64,000 nt of DNA from Oceanispirochaeta sp. (GTDB taxonomy: Bacteria > Spirochaetota > Spirochaetia > DSM-2461): contig CAXXXD010000003.1 in assembly GCA_963663385.2 (NCBI GenBank), positions 1,585,649-1,649,648 on the forward strand, read 5' to 3'. Below, one piece after another: positions 52,172 to 60,999 of this stretch. A program made the position numbers and the translations under genes. How positions within the stretch are numbered: the first letter of the stretch is position 1; each line of letters starts with the position of its first letter. Under the pieces are notes generated by a model. That model worked only from the letters and a program-made list of their open reading frames with translations, had not been told where the DNA came from and searched no databases.

Positions 52172-54828
52172 CTTCTTCAAAGCTGAAAGGCAGGAGCCCT
52201 TTGAAGGGGGCTTCCCTGCTGGACGAGTTTGAAAAAGACCGGATCAAGGCACAAACCGATATAGTCAGTGTGATTACCTCCTATGGTATCTCTCTCGAGA
52301 AGAAAGGCTCTTCTTTCATGGGGCTGTGCCCCTTCCATGAGGACAAGAATCCTTCTCTTTCGGTGGACCAGTCCAAGGGACTGTTTCACTGTTTCGGCTG
52401 CGGGGCCGGCGGGGATGTGTTTGACTTTGTGATGAGGCACCAGGGCGTGGAGTTTAAAGAGGCTCTGGCTATCTTGAAAGGAGATGAGGGAAAGGCATTC
52501 AGGCCGAAGGAGGTACCGGCTCCGCCGGTGCCACTGGAGGGCGAACCTCTGCTTAAAACAACCTCATTGGAAGATGTAACGGATTACTATCACCGTCAGC
52601 TCTCCCATCCGGAAGCAGTTTCCTACCTGAAAAAACGGGGGATCTATGCTCCGGAGCTTCTGGGACGGCTGAAAGTCGGCTACTGCCCCGGAGACTTGAA
52701 AGACAAACTGTCCGAAGTCCAGTTTCAGGAGCTGAAAGAGGCGGGCCTCTTTACGGAAAAGAACCTTGAAACCTTCCGGGACTGCATTGTTTTCCCACTC
52801 TATTCTTCCGATGGGAAAGTCCGGAGATTTTACGGCAGGAAGATAAATGAAAGGTCCAGGGTGAAACACCTTTATTTGAAAGGGCCCCACCGGGGCCTGT
52901 TTAACCACCAGGCATTCAAGGTTTACCCGGACCGGATGATCCTGACAGAATCGGTGATTGATGCCTTTTCGCTGATGGTTTTGGGATGCGAAAATGTTTC
53001 CTGCTCTTACGGCGCCAACGGGGTGACCAGTCACCTTGTAGAAGCTTTGAAAGAAAACCGTACAAAGGAAGTTGTCCTTGCTTTCGACGGTGATGAAGCG
53101 GGCCGGGAGGCTGCAGAAAAGGTCGGAAAAACTCTTTTCGAAAAGGGTATTGCCGTCAGAACCATCTTCCCGCCTTCCAAGGACTGGAATGAGTCATTAC
53201 CAAAAATCACAAAGGAACAAGTTCTATCCCTGATCGAGAGCAGCATTCTGAAACCGCCGGAGGGTGATAAAAGGCCACTGGTGGCCGATGGTAAGTACCT
53301 GTTTCATTGTTCTTCTCTGGATTACCGGATCATCGGAGTTAAAGAAGGATTTGTCAGTTCCCTGAAGGTGAATGTCCGCTGTCAGAGGCCGGCGGATGAT
53401 ACTGTCAAGTTCATCGACAATGTAGACCTCTTCTCCGCCCGGAGCCGGACCCTTTTCTCTGTCGCGGTCGCTCGCCGGTTCGGCGAGGAATCCGCCAGGA
53501 TTGAAAAGGATTTACTGGATATCCTGGACTATTTGGAAGAAGAGTCTGAACGGGCCCTTTCGGATACCGGTTTAAAGAAGGGGTCTTTGACCCCTGAGGA
53601 AGAGGCAGCTGGCCTCTCCCTTTTACAGGATCCCAATCTTTTCGACAGGATTGTCAGGGATACGGAAGCTCTGGGCTACGTGGGAGAGGAGGAAAACAAG
53701 ATCCTTATGTACCTGGCCGCCTCCTCCCGTCTGATGGCCGATCCGGTAAGCGTAATCGTCATCTCCCAGTCCGCCGCTGGTAAAAGCTTTCTGATCGATA
53801 CGGTAAAAAAGCTGATGCCCGAAGAGGATGTGATTTCCATGACCAGCCTTTCCGACCAGGCCTTGAACTACCTTCCCGATGAAGCTCTGCTGCACAAGTT
53901 TCTGGTCATGGGAGAGGCGGTCCACTCGGAGAGCGTAGATCATCAGATGCGGGAGATGTTATCCGGAAAAGAGCTGTCCCGATTGGTGACCACCAAGGAT
54001 GAGAAGACCGGAAGAATGACCAGCAAGCTGGTACGGAAAAAAGTCATTGTTTCCGCCGTGATGTCCTCCACTTCGACGGAGATCAACCCGGAGAACGCCT
54101 CCCGCTGCTTTGTGGTAAACACAGACGAGAGCCGGGAGCAGACCAGGGAGATCCACCGGAGGCAGAGGGAGAAGTACACCCTGGAAGCCTACCGGAAGAA
54201 GGAAGAAGATCTCCCGGAAATCATTAAGACCCACCAGGCCGCCCAAAGGCTCCTGAAAAACCGGGTAATTGTTAATCCTTTCGCCGGGGAGCTGGACTTT
54301 CCCTCTTCCATGATGCGGAGCCGGCGGGACCATGAACGGTTTGTAGACCTCATTGCCTGCGTGTGCTTCCTGAGGCAGTACCAGAAACAGGAGAAGAATG
54401 ATCAGGGGAAGCATTACATAGAGTGCGACCTGGAAGACTACAAGGTGGCTTACCGGATCATGAAGACCCTGCTTTCTTCCACCATGACCACTTTACCCCG
54501 TTCGGCTGTCATTTTGTATGAGGAGCTCCGGGATCTTCTTAAAAGCAAAGCGGAGAAGGACGGGCTATTCCTGACCGATATCTGGGTGACCCAGCGGGAG
54601 ATCCGGGAGGTCTCCGGATTCTCCCATGAGCTGATCAAGAAGAATATGAGGCTTTTGACAGAGTATGAATACATCCGGAGCAAAGGATCGGGCCGGGGTA
54701 TGACCAGGCGTTACGGACTGGCGGCTGATTCTGACCTAGTTCTTTTCGATGACTCGGTGATTCCTTCACCTGACCATTTAACCAGGGAACCGGGTACAAA
54801 GCGGGTACGGAATGATGAAAAACAATAA
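52168..54828 (+). CDS. DnaG-type primase (CHC2 zinc finger + Toprim) fused to a C-terminal P-loop ATPase/helicase-like domain
   Basis: CPFHEDKNPS...FHCFGC; ILTESVIDA and AFDGDEAG (Toprim); SQSAAGKS Walker A; ATGA overlap with parA. Confidence 0.9.
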   Translation: MTSSKLKGRSPLKGASLLDEFEKDRIKAQTDIVSVITSYGISLEKKGSSFMGLCPFHEDKNPSLSVDQSKGLFHCFGCGAGGDVFDFVMRHQGVEFKEALAILKGDEGKAFRPKEVPAPPVPLEGEPLLKTTSLEDVTDYYHRQLSHPEAVSYLKKRGIYAPELLGRLKVGYCPGDLKDKLSEVQFQELKEAGLFTEKNLETFRDCIVFPLYSSDGKVRRFYGRKINERSRVKHLYLKGPHRGLFNHQAFKVYPDRMILTESVIDAFSLMVLGCENVSCSYGANGVTSHLVEALKENRTKEVVLAFDGDEAGREAAEKVGKTLFEKGIAVRTIFPPSKDWNESLPKITKEQVLSLIESSILKPPEGDKRPLVADGKYLFHCSSLDYRIIGVKEGFVSSLKVNVRCQRPADDTVKFIDNVDLFSARSRTLFSVAVARRFGEESARIEKDLLDILDYLEEESERALSDTGLKKGSLTPEEEAAGLSLLQDPNLFDRIVRDTEALGYVGEEENKILMYLAASSRLMADPVSVIVISQSAAGKSFLIDTVKKLMPEEDVISMTSLSDQALNYLPDEALLHKFLVMGEAVHSESVDHQMREMLSGKELSRLVTTKDEKTGRMTSKLVRKKVIVSAVMSSTSTEINPENASRCFVVNTDESREQTREIHRRQREKYTLEAYRKKEEDLPEIIKTHQAAQRLLKNRVIVNPFAGELDFPSSMMRSRRDHERFVDLIACVCFLRQYQKQEKNDQGKHYIECDLEDYKVAYRIMKTLLSSTMTTLPRSAVILYEELRDLLKSKAEKDGLFLTDIWVTQREIREVSGFSHELIKKNMRLLTEYEYIRSKGSGRGMTRRYGLAADSDLVLFDDSVIPSPDHLTREPGTKRVRNDEKQ

Positions 54829-54954
54829 TTGTTGTTCTGGTAAGGGATTAGCCGAAAGTGGGAAAACCGGGTACAGGCCGACTATTCGGCTTAAAGTTAA
54901 ATCCGGTAAAGGTTTAGGAGAAAGTGGGTACAAAATCCCGGAGAGAGACAGAGC

Positions 54955-56001
54955 ATGAATAATGATAAAAGGCTGACGCGAGAGCGTCAGGGTTCCTTTT
55001 CTCATAAAGCGGCAGGAACTTCCCGAAGGGAAGTGTCCGGAAGCGCAGGAAACATACATAAAGCCCATCAAACCCTGCTAGACAGCTATCTGGAAGAGAA
55101 AAAAGCCCTGGGAGCTTCTTCCCAGGCTCTCCGGAACGCCCACAGCCGGATTCCCCATTTTCTGGCCTATCTGGAAGAAGAAGGACTGACGGCGGATCAG
55201 ACGGACATCCGGGCGGCCAGAGGCTTCATGGCACACCTTACAGAACGGGGAACCGGAAGCGGAGAAGACTACAGGGTAAACACCCTGGCTTCCTACCGTC
55301 AGGCCGCTTCCTCCTTCAGCCGGTGGATGAGGGATTCGGGAAAGCTTGTTTCCGATCCCTTTACCGCCGTCAAAGCTCCCCGGGGTGAAAGGATCATTCC
55401 CAGGGATTTACCCATGGAGAAAGAACTGGCCCGGCTTCTCTCCCGTCTGGCGGACTTCTCTGCCGTGAAGGGACTGAAAGCCCGGAAAAGGCGGTATTTG
55501 ACCCATGTGCTGGCCGAGCTGCTTTACGCCTCGGGCCTCCGAATCAGCGAAGCGGCTGACCTTCAGGAAGAGAACCTGAATCTTGAAAGGAAAGAGATCA
55601 CCGTTATCTCCGGCAAGGGAGGATTCGACCGGAAGGTCTACCTGAACGACTACGCCGCCAGTGTATTAAGGCGGTTTCTAACCGTTCGGGATGAGATCCT
55701 GACCGGCAAGAGCAACAGGGAAAGGCTTTTCGGCTCTTCCTCGGATGAACTGGGAAAGGCTTTCAACAGGGATCTGAAAGAGGCTTGCGAAGAAGTCGGA
55801 ATTCCTTTTATGACAGCCCACAGCCTCCGGCACTGTCTGGGCTACCATCTTCTGAAACAAGGCTGCCCCTTGAGGCAGATTCAGCAGATCCTGGGGCACC
55901 GGGCCATCGGGAACACCGAGATTTACACCAAAGTGGATGTGAAAGAGGTAAAGGAGCAGCTGGACCGCCACCATCCCAGACAGCTGGGAAAAAGGAGATG
56001 A
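54955..56001 (+). CDS. Tyrosine recombinase 1 (XerC/D-like)
   Basis: YASGLRISE, GKGG, HSLRH, LGH, TEIY; start could lie further downstream. Confidence 0.92.
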   Translation: MNNDKRLTRERQGSFSHKAAGTSRREVSGSAGNIHKAHQTLLDSYLEEKKALGASSQALRNAHSRIPHFLAYLEEEGLTADQTDIRAARGFMAHLTERGTGSGEDYRVNTLASYRQAASSFSRWMRDSGKLVSDPFTAVKAPRGERIIPRDLPMEKELARLLSRLADFSAVKGLKARKRRYLTHVLAELLYASGLRISEAADLQEENLNLERKEITVISGKGGFDRKVYLNDYAASVLRRFLTVRDEILTGKSNRERLFGSSSDELGKAFNRDLKEACEEVGIPFMTAHSLRHCLGYHLLKQGCPLRQIQQILGHRAIGNTEIYTKVDVKEVKEQLDRHHPRQLGKRR

Positions 56002-57017
56002 AAAGACTCTCAAGGCAGAAAGCCCTTTCCCTTTTCGCCGGATACCTGAAGGCCCAGGGATTTAAAGAGGGAACTATTCGGACAAAGAAAGCTCAGCTTA
56101 CCCCCTTCTTTACCTTTTTGGATGAAACTGGCACGAAAGACATCCGGGATGTGAAAAGGAGTGATATTGTCTCCTTCCTTTCCTGGCTGCAGGAGCATCC
56201 CGGAGAGAGAGGACGGGGCTACAAGGACTCAACGAGGATGAGTATTTTCACCTCCGTGAAAAAGTTCTATCTCTGTTTGTATGAAAACAACCTGGTTTTG
56301 TCCTCACCGGTGGAGACAGTCCGCTTCGGGAAACGGCAGGAGCGGATCAAAGAAGTTTTGAGTGAGGACGAGACCGCACTCTTTCTGGATTCCATCGATA
56401 TTCACCAGCCCCTGGGGCTCCGGGACAGGGCCCTGTTTGAACTGATTTACTCTTCCGGTCTCCGGTCTTCCGAAGCGGCCCATCTGGATGTGAAAGATTA
56501 CGATCCGGCCAGCCGGTTATTGTGGATCCACCAGAGCAAGTTTTCCAAGGACCGCCGGGTCCCAGTGACCAAGGCGGCCGCCTGGTTTCTGGATAAGTAT
56601 CTGGAAGGCGTGAAAGCACACCACAGGCCTCTGATCCTTTCCGGGGGCTACCGGTTTACTCACGGAGGGATCAACAAACGGTTTAAACTGCTGAGTGAAA
56701 AGTGCGGACTCTACCGGAAAGGGCTGACCGTCCACTCCCTCCGGCACGGCTGTGCTTCCCATCTTCTGGCCCACGGGGCGGAGATCCGCTATGTTCAGGA
56801 GCTTTTGGGGCATGAATCGGTGGAAACCACGGTGGTTTACTCCCGGCAAAGCGAAGAGAACATCAAGGCTTCCTACAGGCAGTACCATCCCAGGGAGAAT
56901 TTCCATTTCGCCGAGGTGACCGACTCCTATCTTGATTCACTGGAAACTCTGGTTCGGGACAGTCTGAAGCAAAGAGAGAAGAATAGAAAAGCGCTTGCCC
57001 GTAAGATAGGTAAATGA
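55998..57017 (+). CDS. Tyrosine recombinase 2 (XerC/D-like)
   Basis: ATGA overlap and AGGAG RBS; LRDRALFELIYSSGLRSSE, SKFSKDR, HSLRH, LGH, TVVY. Confidence 0.93.
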   Translation: MKRLSRQKALSLFAGYLKAQGFKEGTIRTKKAQLTPFFTFLDETGTKDIRDVKRSDIVSFLSWLQEHPGERGRGYKDSTRMSIFTSVKKFYLCLYENNLVLSSPVETVRFGKRQERIKEVLSEDETALFLDSIDIHQPLGLRDRALFELIYSSGLRSSEAAHLDVKDYDPASRLLWIHQSKFSKDRRVPVTKAAAWFLDKYLEGVKAHHRPLILSGGYRFTHGGINKRFKLLSEKCGLYRKGLTVHSLRHGCASHLLAHGAEIRYVQELLGHESVETTVVYSRQSEENIKASYRQYHPRENFHFAEVTDSYLDSLETLVRDSLKQREKNRKALARKIGK

Positions 57018-57034
57018 TAGTTTATTAACGTACC

Positions 57035-57994
57035 ATGACAGCTACTAGAGAAATTCCAGTTTCAACGCCTCCTTGCAGGTCTCCTTTTTGCAACGATTTA
57101 GGGGGAGAGGGTGATTATTACTACAATGCAAGGTGGTATGATGCGCAGACGGGGAGATTTATATCGGAAGACCCGGCTAGAGACGGCCAAAACTGGTATT
57201 CATATGTAACAAATAATCCGCTGAAATACATAGATCCTACCGGAATGCGCCGTGTTGATGGTGATGGTGATGGTGCAGATGATGAGAGAGATCAGAAAGA
57301 TCGTCAACGAGAACAGCGAGAAAGAAATCGAGAAGCAAAGAAGAAAACAAAAATAAGAGATACTACTGATAGGATTAAAGACCTTCAGGAAAATGGAACT
57401 GGTGGATTATGGGATCGGTTTAGAATTTCCAATAATAAAGCGAGATTGAAAAATCAATTGAAATCTCTTGCATCAACTGGCTCTGATAATGCCAGAGACT
57501 GGATTAAAGCAAATACTGAAATCAATATTACCCGTGGTGTATATGAAACACCTGGTAGCGATGATTGGGATGGCCAAATGAATCTAGATTTTCAAGGTGT
57601 TACTTTGGAATCAATAAGAGTTCAAACTTGGGCTGATGATGAAAATCAAGAATTTGGAATCGATGGTACTATAGCTACAGGTATAAGTATTCAAGGTGAA
57701 TTACTTGATTGGGGAAATAATCCTGATAGAATTTATCTTTTTGATCCTGGATTTAATATTCATGGACTACCTGAGGGTGTGACAAATCCAGGAAGTTTAG
57801 GATGTATAATTGGCCAAAATGGAGATTATACTAACTTCACTTCAACAATGAAGGATATTGGTTTCAGATTTGGAACAAGTGCAAAGAGTCTTAATGATCC
57901 ATCAGATCTGATAAATGTTAATATAAAAACAGTTAATCCATATGATCGAGGTCTTCATAATCTAGGATATATGCTACCGAGGGGAAATAGATGA
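57035..57994 (+). CDS. Orphan Rhs core plus C-terminal toxin 2 (L,D-transpeptidase-fold, Tlde1/DUF2778-like)
   Basis: YYYNARWYD...GRFISEDP...NNPLKYIDPTG core; C-terminal GFNIHG-x8-SLGCI motif; the first 27 aa are not Rhs-like. Confidence 0.78.
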   Translation: MTATREIPVSTPPCRSPFCNDLGGEGDYYYNARWYDAQTGRFISEDPARDGQNWYSYVTNNPLKYIDPTGMRRVDGDGDGADDERDQKDRQREQRERNREAKKKTKIRDTTDRIKDLQENGTGGLWDRFRISNNKARLKNQLKSLASTGSDNARDWIKANTEINITRGVYETPGSDDWDGQMNLDFQGVTLESIRVQTWADDENQEFGIDGTIATGISIQGELLDWGNNPDRIYLFDPGFNIHGLPEGVTNPGSLGCIIGQNGDYTNFTSTMKDIGFRFGTSAKSLNDPSDLINVNIKTVNPYDRGLHNLGYMLPRGNR

Positions 57995-58833
57995 AGAAAA
58001 GAGTATTATATCTGTTCTTTTGTTTTGTCTGTTATCCTTTATTTTCAAATAATATTTTAGAGGGTAAAACATATAGTTCTGATGTGAATGGATTAAGGCA
58101 GATAATTGAATTTAGTGACGGTACATTGAAATATACCGCGTATTATGACGGAGATAAGGATGAAGAATATTCCACTACTTATCGAGTTGAAGAAAATGAG
58201 GGTATTTCATATTTAGTATTAGGTAAAGAATCAGAAAAATGGCTTGCTATGTTATCTGAAGATTATATCTTTCTGTATAAGGAAGATGGCGAGCCTTTTT
58301 TTGATGGATGGTGGACTGGATCAAAATTTGACCCGACATTATTCAATTACTATAGTAAAGACCTTTTTGAGACTGACAGTTTTCTTATTGAAGAAATAGA
58401 CAATAAGAAAATATCATACCCTTCAGCAAATCTAGGAACAATTGCAATACCATATCCATGGGTAGAAGGTGATGAGAATGATGGTGTCGGGGTACACATT
58501 ACAGGACTCTTTAATTCAGGAGAAAGATTCCAGCATTACTTAGTGTTTTCAAATGGTTATGTCTCATATAAAAGGCCTGACTTATACAGAAAGAATGGTA
58601 GAATTAAAAAAATTCGTATAACAGATATTGAATTGGGTAAATCAAAAGATGTTGATATTAAAGATACTCCAAATCTACAGTATATTTATGTTTCTGATAT
58701 TATAACAGGTAATAAAGGTTTTACGATTGAGATCTTAGAAACATATAGTGGAAGTAAATACAATGATACTTGTATCAATTTCCTGGGAGTCTATTATGTT
58801 CATAATACAAGCCCCTTATTTGATTATAAATAA
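57991..58833 (+). CDS. Putative immunity protein 2 (exported; C-terminal discoidin/NADase-type glycan-binding-like domain)
   Basis: ATGA overlap with the toxin; signal peptide MKKRVLYLFFCFVCYPLFS; PWVEG...NGY...LYRKNGRIKKI...IEILETYSGSKYNDTCI. Confidence 0.72.
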   Translation: MKKRVLYLFFCFVCYPLFSNNILEGKTYSSDVNGLRQIIEFSDGTLKYTAYYDGDKDEEYSTTYRVEENEGISYLVLGKESEKWLAMLSEDYIFLYKEDGEPFFDGWWTGSKFDPTLFNYYSKDLFETDSFLIEEIDNKKISYPSANLGTIAIPYPWVEGDENDGVGVHITGLFNSGERFQHYLVFSNGYVSYKRPDLYRKNGRIKKIRITDIELGKSKDVDIKDTPNLQYIYVSDIITGNKGFTIEILETYSGSKYNDTCINFLGVYYVHNTSPLFDYK

Positions 58834-58912
58834 CCATGAGCTCACCTGCCCAACTGCTGAACAATCCGTTCCGGAACCAGTAAAACGGACAGGTGCAGCG
58901 CTCTTGTTATGA
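58828..58912. repeat. attC-like imperfect palindrome, copy 2 (85 bp)
   Basis: AAATAAC-catga-GCTCACCTG...CAGGTGCAGC-gctctt-GTTATGA; the immunity stop codon TAA lies inside the left box. Confidence 0.7.
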
Positions 58913-59201
58913 TTCCCAATTTAATTCTTTCGCCGGAATAACATTTCACGTTGAAGAAGTCTTACCGGCAGTAATCGCAGGCCGAACCTCCGCCGTCGTG
59001 GCTCCGGTTCTAAACAGAAAATGCGTTATCTGCAGCTGCCGTCCCTGGCAGCTGTCCGCTTCGCCATATAACGAATTCTCTGTTCACCTGCTTTTAGTGG
59101 TAAGTTTATAGATTCCAGAATAATTTTATACAGGAGCTGGCGGAGTGTTTTCTCTTTTTATCATAATTGCAAAAATGTAGTTACAATAGTATAATTATAT
59201 T

Positions 59202-59489
59202 ATGACCTTTGAATGGGATAAAGAAAAAGACATAATCAACCAGAAGAAACACGGATTGTCATTCAAAGACGCCAAGTATGTTTTTGCCGACCCGTTTGCC
59301 CTGGTTCGTGAGGATTACACGGATTCAGAGCCCCGTCAGCAAATTATGGGGCATATCGGCGGCATTCTGCTGGTGCTTGTGGTTTACACCATGAGAGATC
59401 AGCAGGATGAAGACGTTTTCAGAATAATATCTGCCCGAAAAGCAACAACGGCAGAGAGGAGGAAGTATGAAGCAGGAAAATGGTTTTAG
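59202..59489 (+). CDS. BrnT-family toxin (copy 2)
   Basis: Translation identical to 49581-49868. Confidence 0.92.
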   Translation: MTFEWDKEKDIINQKKHGLSFKDAKYVFADPFALVREDYTDSEPRQQIMGHIGGILLVLVVYTMRDQQDEDVFRIISARKATTAERRKYEAGKWF

Positions 59490-59760
59490 TCCTATGGATG
59501 AAGACACAAAGGCAAGACTCGCCAAGCTTGCCGAATTACCCGACTCCGAAATAGATACCAGTGACATAAAAGAGTGGTCTGATGAGGATTTTTCCAGGGC
59601 CGTCCCTTTTCACGATATTTACAAGCCCAGGAAAGAGCAGATAACCACCCGAATCGATGCGGACATTCTTCTTTGGCTAAAAAGTCATGGTAAAGGGTAT
59701 CAGACTTTGCTGAATGATTTACTTCGAAAAGAGATGAATATGGAATGCAGTAAGCAGTAA
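59467..59760 (+). CDS. BrnA-family antitoxin (copy 2)
   Basis: Translation identical to 49846-50139. Confidence 0.9.
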   Translation: MKQENGFSPMDEDTKARLAKLAELPDSEIDTSDIKEWSDEDFSRAVPFHDIYKPRKEQITTRIDADILLWLKSHGKGYQTLLNDLLRKEMNMECSKQ

Positions 59761-59812
59761 GCAGGGTTAGGTTTCTCATTCTCTTTGTAATAGCCGGATA
59801 TCGAAAGAATAT

Positions 59813-60208
59813 CTATTTGGATTGATTTTCCTTTAATTCATTCATGGCTCTCAAATCCTTGATATGCTCAAGGATTTTTTTTTGGTCTGCCGGTGGGAGT
59901 TCTTCCAGTTCTTTCAGGCGTTTTGTAAGTTTCAGATTTGTATCCTGTGCAAGAATATTTTCATCCTTCAGCCCGAAAAGAGTGTCAGTCGAGACATTCA
60001 GAGCAATGGCGAATCTTGCTATCATTTCATCATAAAGTCGGACTCTTCCGCTTTCATAGGCAGATAATGCGGTTCTTGTAATGCCAATTGTTTCAGCCAA
60101 TTCAAGCTGTGTAAGTCCTCTCTGTTTTCTTATTTTGGCAATGATTTCACCAATGCTTTTGTCACTGATTTTTAAAGGGGGTAATTCTTTCTTCGGTACT
60201 TGAGGCAT
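59813..60208 (-). CDS. XRE-family regulator (copy 2)
   Basis: Translation identical to 50192-50587. Confidence 0.92.
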   Translation of the reverse strand: MPQVPKKELPPLKISDKSIGEIIAKIRKQRGLTQLELAETIGITRTALSAYESGRVRLYDEMIARFAIALNVSTDTLFGLKDENILAQDTNLKLTKRLKELEELPPADQKKILEHIKDLRAMNELKENQSK

Positions 60209-60451
60209 GATTTATCTTATCATATAACTTGACGAGTGATACATGATGTGTCATTATTAAACAGTCAAATGCTACTTGACACACTTTTGAAATATTGCCG
60301 TTGGCAATAAAAAAGCCCGTTTCCGAGTGTTTGGCGACCTTCGGGAAACAGGCTTAAAAACAACATAGGAGTAGAACTCCATGCACTTACAATTCTACCA
60401 TAAATTCTTATCCCCGCAAATGCCGTTCTGCTCCTTCCGATGGAGTAAAGA

Positions 60452-60736
60452 ATGGAAATCCGCACCAGCGACCTGTACGAGGCCGCCTACTACCTGACTA
60501 AAGGGGTAACGCCCCACCTGGTTACCTGCCGCCTTCTGGCCGGGAACGTCACCAAAGATATCATCTGCGACTTCTACTTCGAAGGAGAAGTCATTCCTCA
60601 TCTTCAAAGCGACTTTTTGAGAAGTGAAGCGGTTGTCAATCTGGTTCTCTTCCGCCGTTGTTACGGAGAGATCAACAACTACGCCAACAATGCCAAGCGG
60701 GACTACCGGAAAAGCATGAAAGGGGGCCACCAGTGA
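60452..60736 (+). CDS. Small hypothetical protein (DUF5659-like, copy 2)
   Basis: Translation identical to 50831-51115. Confidence 0.65.
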   Translation: MEIRTSDLYEAAYYLTKGVTPHLVTCRLLAGNVTKDIICDFYFEGEVIPHLQSDFLRSEAVVNLVLFRRCYGEINNYANNAKRDYRKSMKGGHQ

Positions 60737-60999
60737 AAGACAGCCTCATAACAGCCAACCTGGCCGAAGTCGCCTACCTTTTGGATCAGCACCACCGGCT
60801 GGTCGATGTTTACCTGAGCATGGGAACCCTGGGAGCCCAGGAGATGGTTTTCACTCTGGAAGGAGAGAACATTACCGGAGACCGTAAACTTTTTCTGGGT
60901 ACCTGCCGGACTCCTTTGAAGAAGATCCCCGAGACTCTGGAAGTGATCCGGAACCTCCTCTGGAAGAAGGAAGAGGAGGCCCAGTGTGAATCTAGATAA
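60733..60999 (+). CDS. Small hypothetical paralogue (copy 2)
   Basis: Translation identical to 51112-51378. Confidence 0.65.
   Translation: MKDSLITANLAEVAYLLDQHHRLVDVYLSMGTLGAQEMVFTLEGENITGDRKLFLGTCRTPLKKIPETLEVIRNLLWKKEEEAQCESR

Larger units (their letters stand above)
49403..54379 (+). repeat. Backbone direct repeat, copy 1 (pairs with 59024-64000)
   Basis: Offset 9621 bp; all paired ORF translations identical; nucleotides identical wherever compared. Confidence 0.97.
47959..57115 (+). mobile_element. Integrative element unit 1: Rhs-CT/immunity cassette plus backbone (BrnTA, XRE, two small ORFs, ParA, primase-ATPase, two tyrosine recombinases)
   Basis: Flanked by Rhs-core direct repeats 9157 bp apart; backbone repeated at +9621 bp; exact att sites not determined. 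Confidence 0.8.

Noticed and set aside
55785..55997. 71-aa N-terminal extension of recombinase 2 in the ORF track
   Set aside because: It overlaps the catalytic end of recombinase 1; the ATG at 55998 has an AGGAG RBS and an ATGA overlap.
54955..57017. Calling the recombinases IntI or chromosomal xerC/xerD
   Set aside because: No IntI-specific insertion is visible between the catalytic Lys region and HxxR; the genes sit in a mobile operon and no dif-like site was recognised.
58893..59111. 72-aa ORF, or a SymE-like gene, in the spacer after the hairpin
   Set aside because: Starts inside the hairpin and has no RBS or motif; the equivalent frame in copy 1 is broken by an indel, and the short minus-strand frame has a stop in copy 2.
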